Source: Lytechinus pictus (Eukaryota). From it: a DNA stretch of 64,000 bases. Made by a program: the position numbers and the translations under genes. Location of the stretch: positions 38,690,001 to 38,754,000 of the forward strand of contig NC_087251.1 of assembly GCF_037042905.1 (NCBI RefSeq). The letters are read 5' to 3'. Positions 28,301 through 43,300 of this stretch are shown here, piece by piece (position 1 is the first letter of the stretch; each line of letters starts with the position of its first letter). The notes beneath the pieces were generated by a model. It ran no database searches. It was not told the origin of the DNA and saw nothing but the letters and a program-made list of their open reading frames with translations.

Positions 28301-31300
28301 GTTTCACCTACTTTCGTGTGTACCTCAAGGTTACAATGTCAGTTATACAGTCTATTTGCAAAATATTATTATTTTTGTGCAACACTTCCATTTCATTCAA
28401 GTACTACTATTACATATTTGAGCTCATTTTAAATAGTGTTTCTTTCCCTGTCTAAAATTGAGCACAACACTCAGAAGTTTGTTGAAATGAGAATATTCTT
28501 AAATATGGATTGATGTGCACAATTGAACAGGAACATGACAAAGCAATGGAGAAAGGGAGAATAAGGGGGGAAAGAGAGAGGAGAAAAAGAGTGGCGTTGA
28601 GAAAGAGATTTAGTTAGAAGAAAATAATAAACCAATTAAGAAATAAAAGTATTAAAAATAAATTCATGTAAAATCACATCCATGCATATCTATAACACAC
28701 AAGTCTATGAGGTGTTTTAAAACACGTTTTTTTTGTAAAAAAAACGGGTGTTTTAAAACGCGTTTTAAAACATGTTTTAAAACACACCGTTTAAAACGCG
28801 CCAACCCTGCCTGCCAACCTTTGATAATAAAAAATCAGTATCAAAGCCGCGAGGGCCCCGAACGGGTCGCGCGCGAGATGGTTCCCCCCTCCCATGGTAG
28901 GGACTCTGCATTTTCTGCATGTAAAATTAGCATTTCTCTACCCCTTTTAAAGCAAATTTACCCTATTTACCATACCACAGGATGACCTACATGTAACGTT
29001 AGTCTACTTATATGTAATATAATATCATTTGTCAATTAAACATTAAAACAAAGGTCTTGAAGATATCACGTTTGTGACAAAAAATACACCCAGTTTCATT
29101 CAGGTGTGATTTGTTTTCATTGAAATCTATATAGACTTAGGAATAATTTAATTTTTTAATAAATTGTGATGCCCTCTATTGTTGGAAAGTTTCTGGAAAG
29201 ATTCTCTTTTTAATCAGAAAAAAAATAATTTCAAGAATACAATTGAGTTTTGGGCCAAGGGATATTTTGTATCATTAATTCAGATTCAAGTTGGCCTACT
29301 GTATTAAAAACTGAGTGCAAAAAAATCTAACATTTATTTATCATTTATATCAAGTCTATCATATGCATCAAAATAAGCCAAACATTGTCATCTTATTCAT
29401 GTTTATATTTCACCACACAGGAGTAGTGACTGAGGACAAGGTTATATCATAAACTTTATTAGATAAGTGCTTGTTGGCATAAGAAAGCAGATTTTCAGCC
29501 ATGACAAAAACGGAGCCGAAGCTTACGGCGGCATACGCCCGACCCGCAACCACCACTGCACTTGCGGTGCGCCGGTGAGACTGGGAGGCTGAGGCGCAGC
29601 AACTCGGGCGCCGGGAGTTTAGGCAAGCGAAGCAAGTAGATTTGGCGTTCAGCTCCGATGGCTCAACTTGACTCGAAAGTTGATAATTTCCTTTCTTTCT
29701 CACAAATTCGACAATTATTCGAAAAAATAAAGTACAGATCAATTTTAACATTGCGTAGGGATAGATCTAACTTGAGTAACTGCAGCAGAGCCTCCCCATG
29801 TGCACGGCGTGGCCAGCCGAGCGGCCGGGTAATTTAAGCAGCCGGTCAGCAGACTCATCAATGATATTACCAACACACTCTAGACACCAAAACACGACTC
29901 ATTCACTAACTCATTCCACAATACAAAATCATCCGGCGAAAAGGGCAAAACCTCGAATAAAAAGTGAAATTTTCTTACTAAATCACCATATTTCGCGTCA
30001 AAAATATCACCATCGTTAATTCTATACATCGTAGTTAGGAAACAAGGGGTCTAAAAAAGTGAATTTTTCACGGTTTTTCCGATGTTCGTGGATTTTGAAA
30101 ACGTGTCCTCACTGAAAACTGGCACTTTCGCGAGCCGATGTCAGCCGCCATTTTGTTCCGGAAGTCAACGCTAATATCGGCCGCGCGCTGCTCGTAATTT
30201 TCACATGCAATTGCAATGGAACTGTGCACTTAGCACTTAGCCGTGCGCTCCAGTTGTTTATGCGTTAGTCGTATGTTACAGCCGCTTATGCGTTAGTCGC
30301 ATCATACAGCCGTTTCAATAATTTCAACACTATATTGATTGACCCAAAAATCGGAATTTCGGTTTAAAAATTCGGAATTCGGAATGGAGGCTAAAAAATC
30401 GGTATAATTCCGCCAAAATCGGAATGGTTGGCAGGTATGAATTACCGGTACTTTAAAATAAACTTTTAGCAGCATTTGAAATCACTGTTCCATCACAAGA
30501 AGTTTCATGAATAGCTGTCAAACATTACTTAAGATTAAATGAATGGTAATGCGTGTTAATAAAATTTGTCCCGGACAGAATAATAGGAAGTGCTACTTAA
30601 TGTACAGTTGAGGCTAGGAGTTTACATACATCCAGGAAATTCAGAGAAAAGTTGACACTTGTAAACATCATAAAATTTACTGTATCTCATAAAATATTTT
30701 GTGCTATCATGACAAATTTGATATCAAACAAATGAGTATGTCATGCCCTTAATCACATTGCTTTGTCATCAGTAGCTGTCATCCCCCCCCCCCCAAAAAA
30801 AAAAAAACCTTATTATTTTAGACAAATTAAAATAAAAACTTGACAAAAACATTTCATATTTGTGCTAGTTACTTCTCAACACAAACATTTCGAATTACAC
30901 TTTTTTGTTCAGTGGTGACATATCCTGATAGAAAATGTAATATAACTCATAGATTTGACATTTGTATATTTCTATGAAACGATGTTTGAAAATATAATAA
31001 CAAACAGTAGAATACATTTGGCACAAATATTACTTTTTTTTCTTCAAAGAAAATGGTAGTGTTTTTATTTCTGAAGATATAGTAAATTTTACGATGTTTG
31101 CCAAACGAAAAAAATTCACTGAATTCCAGGGTTGTATGTAAACTTTTGGCCTCAACTGTACATTACAATTCTCTGACCGAAGAGATATGATGGAAGAAAT
31201 TATTTACATGTTTCATATATGTATTTCAATGGTATTTCAATGTTATGTTCACTTAAAGAAGTGGTTAATATTTTCCAGACTTCCATGTTAGCTGATAATA

Positions 31301-34300
31301 ATGTTTTAAATTTAATTGATTTAAAGCATAAGAGAATTTAGTTCAGCTTGAAGTAAGCCCGGTACTTGAATATATGTTGAAATGTTAATGGCTTTAATAA
31401 AAAGAGTCCATTATGTCAGTTACAATAAATATTTAAAAAAGGGGCTTCACAAAGACCAGAACAATATAACAAGTAACAAGAATAGAAGAGCATACTCGTG
31501 AGAATAAATTGTTCTAAAAATGTTAACTCAAATGAAATACAATACAGGCAAAACAGATATGTGAGAATACATGTACTACAAATTCATGTACTTTTTTTTA
31601 TATCAAACATTCTCAGTAAATTACTGTGTGCTTTTAAAATCTAACCATGTCCATGTAAAATAACATTTCAGGAAATTTTCTTTTGATGTAGTTAAATGTA
31701 GTGTGTACTTATCATAGGAATTATATTACTAGTCAAATCTGATGTAAAATATGGTTTGAGAATTGTCTTGACTGACATAGTATACCATTTATGCAATGGG
31801 AGGAATAATTTCATTTCATGACATATCCAAAGGCTCGATTGTATGTAAAATGAAGCAACTTAAATCATCTGGCTGTAATTGATAATGAATTTTAAGAATA
31901 CCTTTAACCCTAAAATGGCCGGGGGGGGGGGTTGAATCAACCCCCCCCCCTCAACATTTTCTGCGATCATTCTGCCGCGCGAAATTTTTTGACCACGCCA
32001 CTCGCAGAGTTTATACTTTTAAGTCATGCGCATCTTTTGAGACCAAATTTACGACGCCCGGGTACGCGGTTCCGAAATTACGCAACATTTTGTAAGTGCA
32101 TGTCAGACCAAAAATTGTTCCAAAACGTGATTTTGTGTACAAAGTCAATGCAAATCGAGTTTTCTCATCTTATTCATAAAGATATGATTATTTTTACTTT
32201 AAACAGCTGAAAGCAATTGATTTTAGCATAATTTTGCTTCAAAAAGTTTGTGCAATAAATCTGTTGAAAAAAACAAAGAAAAACAAAAGGTTGAAAAACA
32301 AGGAAATACATAAGAAATTCATAAAACAATAAAATACATAAGAAATTGATTTCCAAACCGAAGTTTTTTTCAATTGCCATTGTTAAGAATGCTACAAAGA
32401 ATATTTTTACCAAAAATTAGCATTCTAGGTGCTTTATTTAGTGAATTAGAGCAAAAAGTATGATTTATGCATAAATTAGCATAATTAATTCATATAAAAT
32501 AAAATCTCATTATTTTGGAAAATTTTACCATACAGCCTTGTAGATTACATCGCACACTACCAGCATGCAAATTTTTGCGGCGCTCGCGAGATCGGCGGCC
32601 AAGATCTCGGGGGGGGGTTGAATCAACCCCCCCCCCCCGGCCACAGAACAGCCAAAAAAGCCCAGCCTAGTTAGGGTTAAAGCCCAAAATGACCTAAGAG
32701 ATATGTTTAGAAACAATGGTAGAGTACTGGGGCAGGGAGAGGGGGTGAAGGCTTAAAACTTTGAAGTAACCTTTAAATTAAAGTTTATATTTAATAAAGA
32801 GTTATACCTAAAGAGCACTATAGCACTGATGTATATTTGGTAAAGAGAAGAACACTCCGTTACGAAAGAGAAAGTACAGAAATACAACTTTAATTACATA
32901 GAAAAGGATTAAAGAGTGTACAGAAGGGAATGGACAATCTGAATTTAGATTTATAACCCACAATATATTAACACATCGGAAAACTTTACATGGTAATAAT
33001 TGTATTTGCATTTAAATTAAAAAACTATATGATTTTCTATATACAATCTAATGCATTCAATTTTGAAGCAGAGCTAAACATGCGTTTAACTTTGTTTATT
33101 TGTTTTCAATGGAAAAATACATTAACAAGAACAGCTACATACAATGTTATGAACAACACAAACACATTCCATTCTAAAAATTCATGTGCTAGAAATTTTC
33201 ATTTGGACAAATTTTCATGAAAATACAGAACTGGCAGTGTCTAATGATTTTCAGATACAGATCTCTGTCAAAATTTCTTGTCATCTTTATTTCTGTAAAT
33301 TTTCTTATGTTTCTTGACTACTAGATTTTGAAATTCTTTTAATATTGATAATAATGACTGAATGTGCAAACGAGAAAGCATGCAACTAAAATTCATGAAT
33401 TTGTATTGAAAAATAGCCTGAAGTGTCTAAGGAATTGGAATGAAGTTGAATTAATGGTCAATTTCTATTGGCTTTAGATATTTCATGTAAAATGCAGCAA
33501 AGGTCAATCTACATTAATTCAACTTCATTCCAATTCACTTCAATTCCAGATAAAGAGAGAATAAGGAAAAAATCATTTGCGGAAACAATATACTCACAAG
33601 AAGTGTTACTTAGAACCAACTTGCTGAATAATTTACATGTACGGTAATTCTTGGAGACAGACATTTCATCGCAGGGGTTAAAACCTCACATATAAAAAAA
33701 TCATTGATGGCAGCTCAAAACAGCTGTAATTTAGAAATATGGCAACGGTGGCAAACTCATACTGCAGTCTACAAATAGCTGTAGAAAACTCCTAATCGGA
33801 AAGAGAATGTTGCCACTAATGTCATAAATATAAAATCTATTTGTTCTTGATTTTTTTTTTATTGTGAGATACAAGGTTTTAACACTCCAGCTAGGATACC
33901 AGAAGTTTTAGGCTAATTAGAAGAAAAAAAGAGAGAGGAATACATAGGGACACACAGGGGTGTATATGGAGAAAAAGGGAGCTTGAAAGAGATATGGTGA
34001 CAAAAACAGTGAAAACAACAAAACAAGGTTTATGATGAAAAAGCCACATAGAACACAGCAAGTGGTTATTAAAGAACACAAAGGATTTGATATGAAGAAG
34101 ATTATCTCTGTTGCGTATCGTTACCTGTCGTGGCGGGGGGATTTGACGTTTCCTGGAAAGCGGCGTCAATTAAAGCTACAAACGAGGTAGGAGTAGGTAT
34201 ATACATATATCTTCATTATGTGGTGACAAGCCAATAACACACCGGGGTCATTCATGCCATGTAACATGTCCTAATGAATGCAAGAACTACCGGGAACAAC

Positions 34301-37300
34301 CGCAAATGACCAAAACCACAAATATAATTCATACAAAGATCCTGCGGGATAGTGATGGGGGAGGCAGATGGTGATTACATCTTATCATTTTTCAAGTATT
34401 AAAAAAAAATTAAAAAGAGGGGAAAAAGTATAAAAAAGAAAAAGAAAAAGGAAGATAGAAGAAGGTACCAGAAGAGAATCCTGGGTTGTATTACTACTCT
34501 TCCCCTATCCTTTGTTTGAAAAAAATATGAAGTTATTTTCAAGTCATCTTGCTTCCCCCATAAAGAAATACCATGGCACCAACCCCTCAAAGATCACATT
34601 CCGCAGTCTATGCAAGAAATTAAAAATTTGAAAAGGAAAATATGATCACGGTTTCAGCTAAAAGCTACAGCTAAATATAGCTTGGAATTTTGCTTAAGTA
34701 TGTTATATAGGAGTTGATATGCACACCGGATCACAAAGCTTAGTGATCGATTGTAAAGATGATTCATACGCATGATTGCATATAAGAATCAATGTCATGA
34801 AGTGTCAAAAGCAGCCGTACAATCAATCTCGATAAAGCCTTGTGAAACTGGGCCCAGGACATACATGTAGTTTGCGGCTGTTTTTGGCTGTTCTCTGATT
34901 TTCATAGGACTGCATATGATTCATATATTGACAGCTAAATAAATGAATAAAACAAACTTAAAGGTTCTTGCAAAACTGATGGTTTAGAAATAAAGAATGT
35001 AAAGGTTTATGAGAATTTGACCTGAACAAGACAATTCCATACAGTCAAGACAGGTTGAATTCAGATGAACCGATATAATAAAGAAAAGAATCTTTTATCC
35101 GAGTCATGATATAGGGAGCACTTCATGAAACGAATAGGCAGTGCTTTTCACTATCGTTATAAGCTACCAAAATCCTTGCATCTGATTGGCTAAGAGCGAA
35201 TTAGTCAGCGAAAATCACTGAATAATCATTTTTTGAAACACTCCCCTGCTTGAATGATGGAATAGTTTTGTTTAAGTCAAATCCACATTTGGGTTACATT
35301 AACAAAATAAAATAATGGAATCATGGATTATGATGTATGGAGCTGATTATGTGCAGTGGGTATACAGCTTCACATAATGCATTCACTAAATACAACATAG
35401 GATTTCATATCAAACTTATATCAGGGATACCAATAAAATATAATAGCTTGCCTTATTCAATTGCAAATTTCCCTTGTTGCAGAAGAAAACTACTTTAAAA
35501 ATTCAAACATTGGCAGGTGGTCTTAATGAAAAGGTTTATTTGATTCCAGTTTCATTCGGGAACGCTATTCAAGGAAAACCAAACTTGCGGAATCTAAAGA
35601 CAGTAGGTCACTAGAGCAGGTTTGACTTTTCCGGGCCAAATACTGATGACTTACCAAACAAACTTCCGCTCAGTGAACTGCCGGGCGGAACGTTGTCTGC
35701 GTTCTCTTCACTGTCATTTACGCTACTGCATGGATCAGAAACACAATAGAAGTTTGAGATTAGGAATATATTTGTGATTAAAAAGGGAAAAGTAAATTAG
35801 AAGATGCAAAGAGTGAAAAAAGCGTAGAGTCTAGAATGGATGAAAGATCAAACTAACAGATAACGTGATGACATTAAAATGTTTCTATCAAGAGTAGATT
35901 AAAAACAACAAAAATATATATTGAATTGATTTCAATAATGGATTTCAGAACAATATCATTGATGAATACCATAGCATGTATTTATAAAGGTGTACTAAGT
36001 TAAAACTAGTTTAAACCAGAGGTACAATCTAAGGGTAGAGGAATGTGGCACAATTTGAACAGTAAATGTTTCATTAATCAGCATATTGGCCACTCTCTTG
36101 ACTGATACAGCATGAAACCAAAAATAATATAAACATAAAGAAAAGACAAGGTTGGAATATTCCCTACCTAAGTTCAGATCCTATACTTAAACCACAAACC
36201 TTGAAGAATTCACATATTTCATAATCCTTGCACCCAACTTACTCCCTTATTGTGATGTTAGTCCATTATATTAATCCTGAAAAATCAGTCAATAATAGAG
36301 AACTCAACAGCTTGTTTTCATTGTGTTCACAAAAGTATTTCCTGGGATCTCATGGCCAGTTCTACTAGTCAATCATTATTCTTTCCTACATTAGGCACCC
36401 ATTTTTAGTTAAATATTTCTTTTATTTTTCAATTCTCATGGCACAAGCTATCTGGGGAAAAAGTTATCACCCCACAAAAAAGAAGGCCTCTCATATACTA
36501 GTATATCAAATTGTGCAGATGGTGGATGATTTCTGTGAAGTTTGTATTACCTCGAAGATTCTTTCCTTGAAGGTGGTGCTGATTGGCTTATCTTAGCCTC
36601 TGCTGATTCACTCATAGCCGAGTCCAGGATACACATGTACATGGCACCTGAAACCAAACAAGAAAAATATACCAACGGGGTCGTTGCAAGAAAAGATTTG
36701 CAATCAACTGCAAATTTCACTAGCAAATTTACAAATTATAGATGAATTCTAACTAAAACAAATTGATTTATAGTTTTTAATGCAAGAAGCAGACCTGCGA
36801 TCAATGACTTATGAATGATTTTGGACCTAAATTGATTTGCAATTGTTTGCAAGTTTCTTGCAGCCCCATTAGCCACATGCAAACTGGACCCAGGTCCGGT
36901 ATATATATATATATTTTTTTTTTTTGGGGGGGGTCCAGCAATTTTTTTTCTCATATGCTTCAAGGTTCATAGCTAGCATTTAATAAGGTATTTTTGTATC
37001 TTTTTAAAAGAGGCAAGAGATGGGCATCTTTATGAATTCCTGGTGTATTTTGTCCCATATCAAAACTCCAGCATAGATACAGGCTTACAATCTAATACTT
37101 CATTCATGACATCAACCGGTACAGGAACACTGTAAAGAGACTTAGCGAAACTTTTGTGCGTTCTGGGGGTTACTTTCACATCTGAATCTGCTTATCATTA
37201 GATCAAACAGCCGAGGTTTTAAACTCATGAAAATCAACTTTGATGAAGGTATGAAATCAGATTGAACACGGTTAAGAGACTTACCTAATAACATTTGTGC

Positions 37301-40300
37301 GTTCTGGGGGTTACTTTCACATCTGAATCCGCTTATCATTAGATCAACCAGCTGAGGTTTTAAACTCATGAAAATCAAATTTGATGAAGGTATGATATCA
37401 GATTGAACACGGTTAAGAGACTTACCTAATAACATTTGTGCGTTCTGGGGGTTACTTTCACATCTGAATCCGCTTATCATAAGATCAACCAGCTGAGGTT
37501 TTAAACTAATGAAAGTAAGCTCAGGCTTGCAATCATCAGCATCGTTCTGAATCAAACCTTGAAACGAAACACAACAAATTTCAATTCAGAAGGTTTTTAT
37601 TCCTAGGCAGGAATGAAATACCATTTAAATTGCACTGATTGATGGTATATAAAATGAGACTTACACAGACACTTAAATTTTCCAAAGGAAAGAAAGATTA
37701 ACAGTAGCAACACGTATCTTAAATTTGTGTAAATAAATACACACAAAAAATAAATAATTGCAAATGTGTGGAGATTCGTGAAAATGAGTGTTCCTCCTCT
37801 GATTATTTTGTTTAAAAAAAGATGAGAAACTTCCTACAGATGATTAATAATAAAAAATACTCATTGGAGAATTATGTGTTTATTTTTCTTATAGGATACT
37901 TTCTTTCTGGGGTACCAATTTCTTTTAAAACCCTATCATATATCTATCAATTTTCCTTTCTTTATATAATTATCTGCACAATGTTTTCACGATTTGTTAT
38001 TTCATTTTTACTTATTATTACAAGTTTTATACAAGTATGATATGGAAATGATATGAGAAATACTACTACTACTACTATGGGTCGTGTGGTCCAGTGGTTA
38101 GAGCATTGGACTCATGATCGCAAGGTTGTGAGTTTGAATCCCAACTCTGCCATTGTCTCCACTTTGATAAAAAGGCCCGAGAGTGATATCTGTCGTCTAT
38201 AACGTCAGCCACTATGACTAATTAAACTAGACGTAAAATGTTTCCTACGTAATTGGTTATATACCAGCTTGGCATTTACCAGCAAAATGCTGTCCTGCCG
38301 AGTTCCTACGGGAGTTACCATAAACAGAAACAGACTACTACTACCATGGTAGGATTCGAACCCTGAGCCTTGTGCTTCGAAGTCCAGAGACTTATCCAAT
38401 GAGCCACAACACCTCTACCAAAATGATGGAGTAATATATACTTACTCTGAATGGTGAGATCTTTGAAATGATGAGGGAGACACAACATGGATAGAAGGAG
38501 ATGGATTGAGGCTCGACGAAGCTCATTCTTAGGAACTAATGACCTGTTCAAATACAAATATGTCATTATCAAACATTGTAACAGACTTAGTAACAAATTA
38601 GAAATGCATAAGTTTCACTGATCCCATTATCTAGAATAGTCTCCCCAGCAACATACTTTCACATCAATCTGTACAATTATTAAAAAACCAAAAACCTGAT
38701 TATTTTCTCTGTAACACCCACTTTATATATTGTAAGCACTTAGAGAGTAGAATTATTCATCATTATGTTATATTGTAAAGCGCTTTGAACATGTTTGCAT
38801 GAAGGAATGCTATAAATATTAAAATGAAGTAAATATAGAAGCCTGTTGGGGCTTTATATCTTGAATTTAGTTATCTTTTGCATTGCTCACCCCTTTAGTT
38901 ATCAATACTTTTTTACTTTGATTAATAGACAGAGATATTATCTGTCTATAACTATGTGTAATTATTGGAATTCCTTCATCTTCTATTTAATTATTACTTG
39001 GCATGTTACTCCAGTACAGGTTGAAACTGTGTAAATTCAATATATATCTATTATCTGCTAGAAATTTGGAGATTGAGTAGATAGATAAAATTGGATAATT
39101 AAATGACATTTGCACAGGCTACAATCTTTCCCATGTAAACTTAATGTTATCAGCTAAATCAGCTCAAACCTTTCCTCAAAACTAATAATCAAATAATTTC
39201 AGAATAATCCCCATACCCCCCCCCCAAAAAAAAAAACACACAAAGAAAACAAACACCTTAAATAACCCTATATCTCAAAAATATCAAATCAGCATAAAGC
39301 TTTGCAGTTGATCACAGGGCGGATTCTTACGATCAATCATACACAATAATCAATGCAATCAATCATAGAAATCAATTACTAAGCTTTATGTGACAGGGCC
39401 CCTGGACTCACTTGAATTTAAGATCAGTCTCTGGAATGACTAGATCCATCGCAGAGAGAAGGTACGGTATAAGAACCTTGACACCTGTCAGGTCGACCCT
39501 TAGCAGGTTATGAGAGTTGTACAGGATGTTAGACAACACTAAACCACTCACAGGCTGAAAGAATGAAAAGGTCATGAGGCAGATATTCATGAGAAAAAAT
39601 CCGAGTAAACATGGTGTTTGAAAATAAATTTCAGGCAATTCATGTTAGACCACAAAATGCATGAGCATTTCACATCGGAACCCACAACATGTGGGTAAAT
39701 TGAATGGGTGTGCAGAGACGGGGCGCCATTGTTTTTTCAATCTCAAAATGACAGGCTGTGATTTTTCGTTTAAAAACAAAATGGATGATACTTTTGGCTT
39801 TCTCCAGTTACATGTAGTTTAAAATGCGTCACCACATTGGTCATATCATGCTTGGAGGACGTGCATTTCTGCATATTTATCGATGGGATGGGAGTGCATC
39901 AGTACTTAATAAAATGTGTGCATCAGCACTTAAGCATCACTTTATTCCCTCTAATTCAAAAAAAAAAAACCTCCCTGGTGTAAAAAAAAAGGATCAGCTC
40001 ACCTGTCTTGAATTGGTCGTTAGCCCTTGAGTCAGCGTGAGGTAGAACCGGGACAGGTACATCGGGAGGATGCTCTCCGAGGCCTTGCGACTGGTGAAGA
40101 TGCGGCACAGTGCACCGCAGGCCTCCGCCCGCCCTTCCTCGTAGCTCTCGGGCGAGCTGAGACGGTCCGGCACCAGCAGGGCAGAGGGTGCTCCAGGGGG
40201 AGATATGCCCTCGCGATCATGACCTTCACGAGGGGCATCGGTGGGTATGGACTGGGCTCGACGCATCATTCGACCTTCATGGATACCAGGACGATAAATG

Positions 40301-43300
40301 TTATTGATACAGATATACACAAAATAATAATAAATACAGCAAATCCTCAAGTCCCGTAGTGAACTGATACTGGTAAATATAACATATATCACAAGTATCC
40401 CAGGTCCAAGAATGCATTGGGGTAGGCATACATCTGGTTGTATTTTCACAAAATTTGCGATTTACTGAATGCATAAATTTTCACTTGTTGATATTTTTAT
40501 CTAAAAGCGAATGCAACTACCAAAGAGTCACAGAAATATACTCTTGCGGAATCCCCATCTTGAAGCAAAATCATGAAATATCCGGACAAGAAATATATGC
40601 CTTGTACATTAGAAGGATACTTAGTTACTATTAATTAATGAGATGATCCTTGTGGTCCTGGCAGCGTACAAATGAAGATGCAGTAGCTGGATCACTGAAA
40701 AAAATTTCAGCAACAGGGATGCTCGTCTTTGCAGAGGTCTCCAAGACAGAAAGCAATGAATGCATATGACCTAATAATCTTGCTAATTATTCTCCCAGTA
40801 ATGACTAAAGAGGTGATTAAATGCTCTTGGATCTACTAGGGATCATCGATGATGTCACTGAAGACAGGTCACTCATCACCAACCTAATTTCCTCATACCT
40901 GTCTCTAAAAGTGACGACAACATCAATAATTCTCCGTTGACATATTTGGTGACGCCTTCATCCTGAGTAAGATATGTGCCATCGCAATTTGTTTCTAATT
41001 TCTACTTGATTCTATTCTATATGTAAAAGGTAAAACCAAAACTCAGCAGCAATGGATGCTCTTATTATGAGTAAATTTTGCGAAGAAATGATATTTTGTG
41101 ATTACAGATGACTAATCTAATAGGAAATAAAAACTAAATGGATTAACTACTTATTTCCTGTAGATTACAAAGTATGAAGAATGAATGCAGGAAAATAATA
41201 CAGTAAATGACTGAATACAAATTAAAAGATCAATTCAGTCAAACCACGGAGGTAGCCGATATATTAGATTGTGTTTAAAGCTGCATTTAAAGCCAGAGCA
41301 TTATTTCATATAAAATAATATGGATTGTTTGATATCTAAAATAAAATGTTTTATACAGGTTGCAAATTACTAAACAGATGTCAATATTACAATCTGCAAA
41401 TTCTATAACCTGGACAATATCTTCATTTTTAATCATTGTTTCATGGTACTTACAACATATTTAGCCTTCCGTTTAAAGGTTCCTATATTTTCTATGTACA
41501 TGCCAATAGTGGGAATATCTCGGACTGATATTCTTATTTCAAAATGTTCCAAAATGTAGGTGCCAAAAATGTTTAAAAAGAAATGAAATGACATTTAACA
41601 TTGTCAGAATAAAATCATGAAAGTAAGTCTGTTAATTCCATAAGCTGAGTTCATTATATACTACATATGATAGTACATGCCGAGAGTTAGACATTAATGT
41701 GTGGACTTATATTTTGCTTTGAAAATGTTCCAATTCTAGGTGCCCCACCCCAAAAAAAAAATGTTTGAAAAGAAATGAAAGATATTAAACATTATCAAAA
41801 CAAACTTTTTAAAGTTGTATCAACTTGTTTCACCATCCCTAATGGAATACAAATGCTAAGTAGATGTATGTATAGTAAATTGATTGCAGGCATCATTATA
41901 CGATTTGATGATCTTTCAAAAACTTAATTCTTCAATATCAAATTCTATGCGCAAGAAAAGAGGATTAAAGTTTGCTAGGCCAAGAACAGGCTTTTAGATT
42001 GTGTGTTAGGCCAAGAATAGGCTACTAGATTGTGTGTTGCAACTATTATATGTACAAATGAGCAAGCTAAATGGCATTTGATATGAAATTGTACAGCAGC
42101 TGTCAAGAGCTCAATGTTACTTTATTATTATCTGTGATCAGTAAATTCATTGATAAGGCATCTTAAACCTCACAGCTTTAGCTTCTGCAACTGTTCTTAA
42201 AGGTCAAGCCCACCCCAGAAAAATGTTGACTTCATAAATAGAGAAAAATCAAACTAGCATAACGCTGAAAATTCATCAAAATCGGATGTAAAATAAGAAA
42301 GTTATGACATTTTGATGTTTTGCTTATGTTTAAAAAAACAGTACACTGCCTAACTAAGTGGCATGTAAATGAGACAGACGATGGTGTCCCTCACTCAATA
42401 TTTCTTTTGTTTTTCAATGTTTGAATTATACAATAATTCATTTTTTCAGATTTGATAATAAGGACCAACTTGACAAAAGCATATAGTAATAAACAATGCT
42501 AATTCCATATATTCAGGGAGGAATTAATCGTTTCACTTAACAATGAGGATAAAATTAGAATATTTCAGATAATATACAAAAGAAATAGTGAGTGGATGAC
42601 GTCATTAGTCTCCTCATTTGCATACCGACCAGGATGTGCATATAACTGTATTGTGAAATTAAGCAAAACTTAAAAATGTAATAACTTTCTTATTTTACAT
42701 TCAATTTTGATGAAATTTTCAGTGTTATACTTGTTGGATTTTCTCTTTTTATCAAAATCAACTTTTTGTTGGGGTGGACTTGTCCTTTAAGCATCACTAT
42801 CTGCTTCAAAAACACATTTTACATCCACATCTTAAAGAAACTTATTCAATCTCCCGCCTGCTGCCTGTATAAAAAGCTGAAATATACACATAATACATTG
42901 TAGATTGATGAGGAATTGCAAGGAAATATTTGCAATCAATTTGAAAACTCCCATGCAAAATAACAAGTGACATATCAATTTTACTGTATAGCAAATGAAT
43001 ATGAACTTCTTGTTTATACAAATCAGACCAGCAATTGAACACAAATTTGTAATTGATTGCAAGACTTGTGATTGAAATTGGGACCAAAAACTTGCAAAAG
43101 ATTGCAAGTTTCTTGCAACGACTCCATTAGGATGTATTTGTATGAAAAATTTCCTTTTCACGATGATATGAAGATTTGTTAATGTGCAAAACAGAAGTGT
43201 AGCATAAAGAATCACACAATGATCTATAGAACTATTATACTACTTGACTAATGGCATGGATTTGAAAGTACAAACCTGTTTGGATTGCTGGATAGAACTA

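Noticed and set aside
29410..29751. 113-aa ORF as a transposase
   Set aside because: No BED finger, DDE or dimerisation motif recognised
38340..38416. Functional tRNA-Arg(TCG) gene
   Set aside because: A and B boxes are present, but the anticodon stem does not pair; better explained as a SINE head or pseudogene
40620..40970. Possible intronic snoRNA or extra RALGAPB exon
   Set aside because: No properly spaced C/D boxes with a terminal stem on the host strand; exons 6 and 7 already join in frame
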